Shown: one piece after another, positions 34,013 through 38,927 of the stretch
Numbering within the stretch: position 1 is the first letter of the stretch
Layout of the letters: each line of letters begins with the position of its first letter
DNA from: a virus
Taxonomy: Duplodnaviria > Caudoviricetes
Reading direction: 5' to 3' (one strand)
DNA length: 38,927 bases
Virus record (IMG/VR): IMGVR_UViG_3300033416_000018
Span: 1-38,927 of that record
The notes under the pieces: generated by a model
Told to the model about the DNA's origin: nothing
Database searches by the model: none
The model's input: the letters and a program-made list of their open reading frames with translations, nothing else
Position numbers and translations under genes: made by a program

Positions 34013-34835
34013 GCGCATCTCGTTCTTCTATCGGCGGCATCAACTCTCTGGCGAAATCCGGCGCCAGGTGGCCGACGTGATTGGAGCCCGAGTCAATCCG
34101 TCTAGCGATACGGAACAGGACATCTGCATCGGCGTGAAGATGTCGCCCTATCTCGTCTACCACGACAAACTCATTGACCCGTCTAGGATGGGGGACTTCT
34201 ACCTCGATTTCATCGACCATCACACCTCGATTGACTGGTTGGCTCGCTGGCCCGAGATCAAACTGATTGTCTGTTCGAGGTCGGGTGAACGCTATCTTCG
34301 CGAGCATCTCAAGAATCCACTCCGTTTCATCCCGCAGCATCACTGCAATGTGGAACGGCATCGTCGTCCGCACCGTCCAATGAAGACCGTCGTGTTCGTT
34401 GGGGTCCTCACTGAGCGTCCGCCCTGGTACGACTGGGTGAACCGAGCGATGGCGAACATGGGACTGACCATGCGCTGGGTGACGGACTTCAGGACTCGGA
34501 AGGACGTGGTCGACGCCTATCTTGACGCGGACCTCCAGTTCTACTGGCGCGAGGGGATGCCGGAGAAGCTCCGTCACCTGAAGAACCCGATGCGGATTAT
34601 CAGCGCCGCCAGTTTCGGGATTCCGACGGTCGTCAACCAGGAGCCCTGCTACGCCGCTGAGTGCGACAGCCACTATCTCGGGTTCGAGAAGATCGGCGAC
34701 GCGCTCGATGCCGTGCGCGAACTTCAGCATGACCCATCGAAGTACGCCGCACTGGCGGAACCTGGGCCAATCTGGACGGAACCCTACCATCTCGACCACG
34801 TCGCCGAAGCGTTCAGGAGGCTCGCCGATGAGTAG
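34005..34835 (+). CDS. GT-B fold (GT4-like) glycosyltransferase
   Basis: SGEIR..Q.A, IPQHHCN, Y..AD, KNP.RI..A.SFGIPTV. Confidence 0.7.
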   Translation: MGRRISFFYRRHQLSGEIRRQVADVIGARVNPSSDTEQDICIGVKMSPYLVYHDKLIDPSRMGDFYLDFIDHHTSIDWLARWPEIKLIVCSRSGERYLREHLKNPLRFIPQHHCNVERHRRPHRPMKTVVFVGVLTERPPWYDWVNRAMANMGLTMRWVTDFRTRKDVVDAYLDADLQFYWREGMPEKLRHLKNPMRIISAASFGIPTVVNQEPCYAAECDSHYLGFEKIGDALDAVRELQHDPSKYAALAEPGPIWTEPYHLDHVAEAFRRLADE

Positions 34836-36504
34836 CCTCACGGTCTGCATCCCGGCGCGCAATGAGATGTTCCTGAACCGGACCATTGAGGACATCCTCG
34901 CGCATCGACGGGGACAGACCAATGTGATCGTGGTGCTGGACGGCCAGTGGCCGGTCGAGGCGATCCCCGACCATCCCGACGTGCATCTCGTGTATCACCC
35001 CGTTTCTATCGGCCAGCGGGCCGCGACGAACGAGGCCGTACGCATCAGCACGGCCAAGTACGTGATGAAGCTCGACGCGCACTGCGCGCTCGACGAAGGG
35101 TTCGATGTCAAGCTGATGCAGCCCTATGAGGATGGGGAACTAGCCTGGGACGTGACGACCGTGCCGCGTCTCTATAACCTGCACGTCTTCGACTGGCAGT
35201 GTGACGGATGCGGACACCGGACCTACCAGGGTCCGCAGCCGCAGACGTGCGTGAAGTGCGGGGCCGCGCCCCATCACCGGGAGATCGTCTGGACGCCGCG
35301 GTGGAACCGCATGACCGACGCCATGCGCTTCGACGCCACAATGCACTTTCAATACTGGAGCGCCTACAAGCGCCGGCCTGAAGCCAAAGGGGAGTTCGTG
35401 GAGTCCCTCGGCCAACTCGGGGCGTGCTACGTCATGCACCGTAGCCGGTTCTGGGACCTTGGCGGGCTAGACGAACGGCATGGGTCCTGGGGCCAGATGG
35501 GGACGGAAGTCTCCTGCAAATCGTGGTTGAGCGGAGGCCGTCAGGTCATCAATAAGCGGACGTGGTATAGCCACTTGTTCCGCACGCAACCCGGGTTTGG
35601 CTTCCCCTACCACCTGTCCGAACGCCAGGCTGAGTCGGCCAGACGACACTCACGAAAACTCTGGCTGGAGAATACATGGGAAAGCCAGCGGAGACCGCTG
35701 TCCTGGTTGATCGACAAGTTCTGGCCCGTGGAAGGCTGGACGGAGGAGGACCGCGAACGGATCCGCGAGACGGCCAAGAGCTTCCCTGTCACTGCTCCAC
35801 CGTCAGTCGGCGTCGTCTACTACACCGATGGGCGTCTGGATCCCTCGATCGCTGAGGCGTGTCGACGGAGACTTCAGGCATCGACGAACGGCCATCGGCT
35901 CGTTTCCGTGTCGCTCGCGCCGCTCGCCTTCGGGCAGAACCTGACGCTCCAGGCGGAACGGGGCCGACTGACGATGTTCCGGCAGATCCTAGCCGGGCTG
36001 GAGACCCTAGACACGGAGTACGCCTTCCTCTGTGAGCACGACTGCCTCTACCCGTCTGAGCACTTCGCCTTCATGCCTCCGACGAAGGACGCCTACTATT
36101 ACGATGCAAACTGGTGGCGCGTGGACGCGGCGACTGGACGGGCCGTGGCGTACGACGGGTATCACCTCAGCGGGTGCTGCGCGAGCCGGAGCCTCTTACT
36201 CGACCACTTCCGAAAGGTCGTTTCGGAGGTTGAAGCCAACGGGTATGACCACGGCGTCGGCTACGAGCCGGGCGTCCACATTGGACGGAAGGCCGGCGTC
36301 GACACGATCCCCACGAGGACCTGGCAGTCGGCCAAGCCCTACATCGACATTCGTCACGAAAACAACCTGACCGCCTCGCGGTGGTCTCCGGCTGAGTTCC
36401 ACGACAAGCGGACGTGCCAGAACTGGCGGGAAGGCACAGAGATCCCGGGCTGGGGCGTGCCGGCAGGCCGATTCGCCGACTGGCTACAGGAGGTGCAGCA
36501 GTGA
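34828..36504 (+). CDS. Two-domain GT-A glycosyltransferase with inserted zinc ribbon
   Basis: IPARNE, KLDAHC, CDGC/CVKC insert, GGLDE.HGSWGQ.G.E; second domain VVYYTD...F.QIL.GL...FLCEHD.LY. Confidence 0.85.
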   Translation: MSSLTVCIPARNEMFLNRTIEDILAHRRGQTNVIVVLDGQWPVEAIPDHPDVHLVYHPVSIGQRAATNEAVRISTAKYVMKLDAHCALDEGFDVKLMQPYEDGELAWDVTTVPRLYNLHVFDWQCDGCGHRTYQGPQPQTCVKCGAAPHHREIVWTPRWNRMTDAMRFDATMHFQYWSAYKRRPEAKGEFVESLGQLGACYVMHRSRFWDLGGLDERHGSWGQMGTEVSCKSWLSGGRQVINKRTWYSHLFRTQPGFGFPYHLSERQAESARRHSRKLWLENTWESQRRPLSWLIDKFWPVEGWTEEDRERIRETAKSFPVTAPPSVGVVYYTDGRLDPSIAEACRRRLQASTNGHRLVSVSLAPLAFGQNLTLQAERGRLTMFRQILAGLETLDTEYAFLCEHDCLYPSEHFAFMPPTKDAYYYDANWWRVDAATGRAVAYDGYHLSGCCASRSLLLDHFRKVVSEVEANGYDHGVGYEPGVHIGRKAGVDTIPTRTWQSAKPYIDIRHENNLTASRWSPAEFHDKRTCQNWREGTEIPGWGVPAGRFADWLQEVQQ

Positions 36505-37112
36505 GTCAGACTGCGGTGCCGACGACGTTCACGAGCGCCACATGGGCGGGTACGGCCGCCTCACTCGGGGATGCCTCGGACGCCACATACGTCACGTCGC
36601 CACAGGCGCCAGAGCCAGCGCAGACCTTTCTCTGTTCGCTAGGCCCGTTGACGGATCCTGGGGTAGACACGAGTCATCAGATCGTCGTGCGGGCGATCAT
36701 CTCTCCGCCGGGAGATGAGTTTCTGGACCTGATTCTCACGCTGGAGAATACGGACGATGGTAGCGTCGTCGCAACCAAGTCCCTGCTTGGCGTTCCCAAT
36801 AGCTTTCAGGATGTCGTTCTCACCCTGACCGCTGGAGAGGCGGCTCTGATTCGCAACTATGCGGGCCTGCGAATCCGCGGATACGGCCAAATCTCGCAAG
36901 AGATTTTCTTCGTCTGGGACGCTGTTCCTGGCGCCGACTTCTATGTCTTTCAGATTGGGACAACGGACGGTGGCAGCGATGAGTGCGATGTCATGCTCGA
37001 AGGCGTGCTGACGTACTCATGGCAGTTACGTCATGGCACACACTATGCCCGAGTCGCGGGCATCGTGGGCGGAGTAACACAGCCCTTTGCGAAACAGACG
37101 GTGACGGTATGA
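36501..37112 (+). CDS. Beta-sandwich virion-type protein with C-terminal FN3-like segment
   Basis: GTGA overlap, AGGAGG RBS; WDAVPGADFY...GT.Y.RV FN3-like pattern. Confidence 0.6.
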   Translation: MSQTAVPTTFTSATWAGTAASLGDASDATYVTSPQAPEPAQTFLCSLGPLTDPGVDTSHQIVVRAIISPPGDEFLDLILTLENTDDGSVVATKSLLGVPNSFQDVVLTLTAGEAALIRNYAGLRIRGYGQISQEIFFVWDAVPGADFYVFQIGTTDGGSDECDVMLEGVLTYSWQLRHGTHYARVAGIVGGVTQPFAKQTVTV

Positions 37113-37405
37113 AAAAGTGGCTGATTACGGCGGCCATTGCGGTCGTGCTGGCCGTATCGATCTGGGCGCAGACGGCCCCGGTGATCGAATGGCAGCACGA
37201 CGGCGTGAACGTCACCGAGTTCACCTGCAAGATTGACGCTGGCGCTCAGGTCAGTCTGGGCATTCCGAGCAAAGTGGGTGATTACTACTCCACTGCGCTG
37301 TCGAACTGCGGAACGCTGACGGCGGGAACGCACCAGATTTACATCTACGCCTGCAACGGGGCGCTCTGCACGGCGGCAACCGCGATTACGGTGGTGAAGT
37401 TATGA
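37109..37405 (+). CDS. Small secreted Ig/FN3-like protein
   Basis: Sec signal MKKWLITAAIAVVLAVSIWA-Q; four Cys; LT.GTH...I.ACN. Confidence 0.65.
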   Translation: MKKWLITAAIAVVLAVSIWAQTAPVIEWQHDGVNVTEFTCKIDAGAQVSLGIPSKVGDYYSTALSNCGTLTAGTHQIYIYACNGALCTAATAITVVKL

Positions 37406-38927
37406 GGCGCATCATTCTGGCTCTGGCGCTGGCGCTGTGGGCGGTCCCGGTGTGGGCGGATACCCATAAGGCGGCGTCGTGTTCCAGCGCGGACGTGCAG
37501 ACTGCGATCAACGCGGCCTCAAACGGCGATACCGTGACGATTCCCGGGACGCCCTGTACGTGGACGACTGGCGTCACCGTTCCGGCTGGCGTGGCGATCA
37601 CGATCACTGGCGAGGGAGTCCCCAACACGACGCCCGCCACGACCGGCGCGAGCGCGTCCTGTAGCGCGACGACGATTACTGTCAACGGAGCCGACGTGGT
37701 GGCGTTTACAGTGACGCCTACCTACGGGAACGGCACCACACGCCTGTCCTGCTTCGCGCTGAACTATGGCGGAACGGGCACGCCCATCGGGTTCAAGATT
37801 CACGGGACGTGTACGGCGAGCGGCTGTCCCAGCCTCCGTATGGACAATCTTAGCTTCTCGAATTGGGCGAACCGGAGCGGGGGGTCCCAGAACGGCTATG
37901 CCATCGGCGCCATCGACAATATGTTCGGGGTAATTGACCATAACACGATGACTACCACGACGCTGGGAAGCTATCCCGCCGTGGAATTGGCTCACATCAA
38001 TCTCGGTAGTTACCTCGGCGTCGGTCATTGGGGCGATAAAGACTGGGCAATGCCTGAAAACTGGGGCAGCGATCAGTTCTTGTTCTTTGAGAACAATGTC
38101 TTCAGTGATAGTTCAACAAATGAACATGAAGGGACTGCGGGAGCCTACCAGGACGAGGGTGGTGGCCGCCTCGTGGCTCGGTTCAACCAGTTCGTGGGTA
38201 TGACGCAGGATCGGTTCGGTGTGGGCTGGCACGGCACCGAGTCGAATGGCCGACCACGAGGGATTCATGCCTACGAGGTGTACAACAACACCTTCGTCTG
38301 CGCCGATCCGACCTATCGCTGCCGCAACCTGCTGAGTATCCGAAGCGGGACGGGATTTCTCTGGGGCAATGCAACGTCTGGTGGACACGGCATGGATCGG
38401 CTCGCGGACTTTACGACCTATCGACTGCTTGGTGATGGGACCAACAACTTTGCCCCGTGGGGTCCGTGCGCGGGCGCGACGGGATACGACACGAACGATG
38501 CCACCGTCTACTGGAGCGGCACGGTGTCGAGTGTCGGATCTTATACGATCACGGTCAGCGGAAGTCCGTGGACCACGAATCAGTGGGTGGATTCCACCAC
38601 CCAGTACTCCGTCCATAACGTCACGACTGGATACGGCGGGCAGATTCAGTCAAACACGACCGATACACTCACCGTTGGCTGGTGGTCTGGGACATTTCGG
38701 TTTTCTATTGGAGACAGTATCCAGATTCGTCGCCCTCTTGCGTGCGTGGATCAAACGGCGGGGCGTGGGTATGGGGCGCTCTACGATGATAACTACACCC
38801 CCTTGATCGGCGGGGTAGCGAACCAACCCGCGAATCAGGCGCTCGTGCCGACCTATGTGTGGAGCAATACCTTCACCATCACGCCCTACAACTATGTCGC
38901 TACGGCGCCCGCGAATAACCTGGTGGT
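37402..38927 (+). CDS. 3'-truncated secreted right-handed beta-helix (pectate-lyase-like) protein; tailspike/depolymerase candidate
   Basis: Not in ORF track because it runs off the end; frame appears open to 38927; signal MRRIILALALALWAVPVWA, AASCS.ADVQ.AI.AA..GDTV.IP, GVIDHN, FENN.F, HGTES..R.RG....EVYNN.F. Confidence 0.8.
   Translation, partial: MRRIILALALALWAVPVWADTHKAASCSSADVQTAINAASNGDTVTIPGTPCTWTTGVTVPAGVAITITGEGVPNTTPATTGASASCSATTITVNGADVVAFTVTPTYGNGTTRLSCFALNYGGTGTPIGFKIHGTCTASGCPSLRMDNLSFSNWANRSGGSQNGYAIGAIDNMFGVIDHNTMTTTTLGSYPAVELAHINLGSYLGVGHWGDKDWAMPENWGSDQFLFFENNVFSDSSTNEHEGTAGAYQDEGGGRLVARFNQFVGMTQDRFGVGWHGTESNGRPRGIHAYEVYNNTFVCADPTYRCRNLLSIRSGTGFLWGNATSGGHGMDRLADFTTYRLLGDGTNNFAPWGPCAGATGYDTNDATVYWSGTVSSVGSYTITVSGSPWTTNQWVDSTTQYSVHNVTTGYGGQIQSNTTDTLTVGWWSGTFRFSIGDSIQIRRPLACVDQTAGRGYGALYDDNYTPLIGGVANQPANQALVPTYVWSNTFTITPYNYVATAPANNLV

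Larger units (their letters stand above)
1..38927. mobile_element. P22-like tailed phage or prophage genome segment (whole window)
   Basis: Terminase, P22-type portal, scaffold, coat, gp4/gp10-like tail genes, RecT/exonuclease pair, lysis-like membrane genes; no host housekeeping genes seen. Confidence 0.95.

Noticed and set aside
29416-36504. DNA hypermodification cluster
   Set aside because: No base hydroxymethylase, TET/JBP, queuosine-pathway or polymerase genes seen and the cluster lies within the tail operon; disfavoured but not excluded
1-38927. Genome-wide TAG recoding
   Set aside because: Many conserved genes end at TAG exactly where the next gene begins; only one internal TAG was seen

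Overview
A GC-rich tailed-phage genome segment of P22-like (podovirus) architecture, cut mid-gene at both ends. Order: end of a lysis-type cassette (1-2158); a rightward early/middle operon with RecT-like annealase, RecB/Cas4-like exonuclease, replication-initiator-like domain, endonuclease VII, PD-(D/E)XK and HNH nucleases plus many tiny ORFs (2304-9710); a leftward operon of small genes with a SpoVG-like protein (9767-13263); then terS, a non-coding gap holding a dif-like Xer site, a large terminase encoded as two separate genes in reversed order (nuclease half first, ATPase half second), portal, scaffold, coat, gp4-like and a gp10-like tail hub split across two genes with inserted domains and Ser-rich linkers; then an eight-gene glycosyltransferase/methyltransferase/radical-SAM cluster and signal-peptide-bearing late genes. 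No integrase, CI-like repressor, tRNA or CRISPR array was seen. A host in Acidobacteriota is suggested only by recalled protein similarity. Best candidates for new biology: the permuted split terminase, a virion glycosylation system (14-aa Ser repeats plus GT cluster), and the dif-like site between terS and terL at a GC-skew flip. All family calls come from motif recognition by eye, not database searches.
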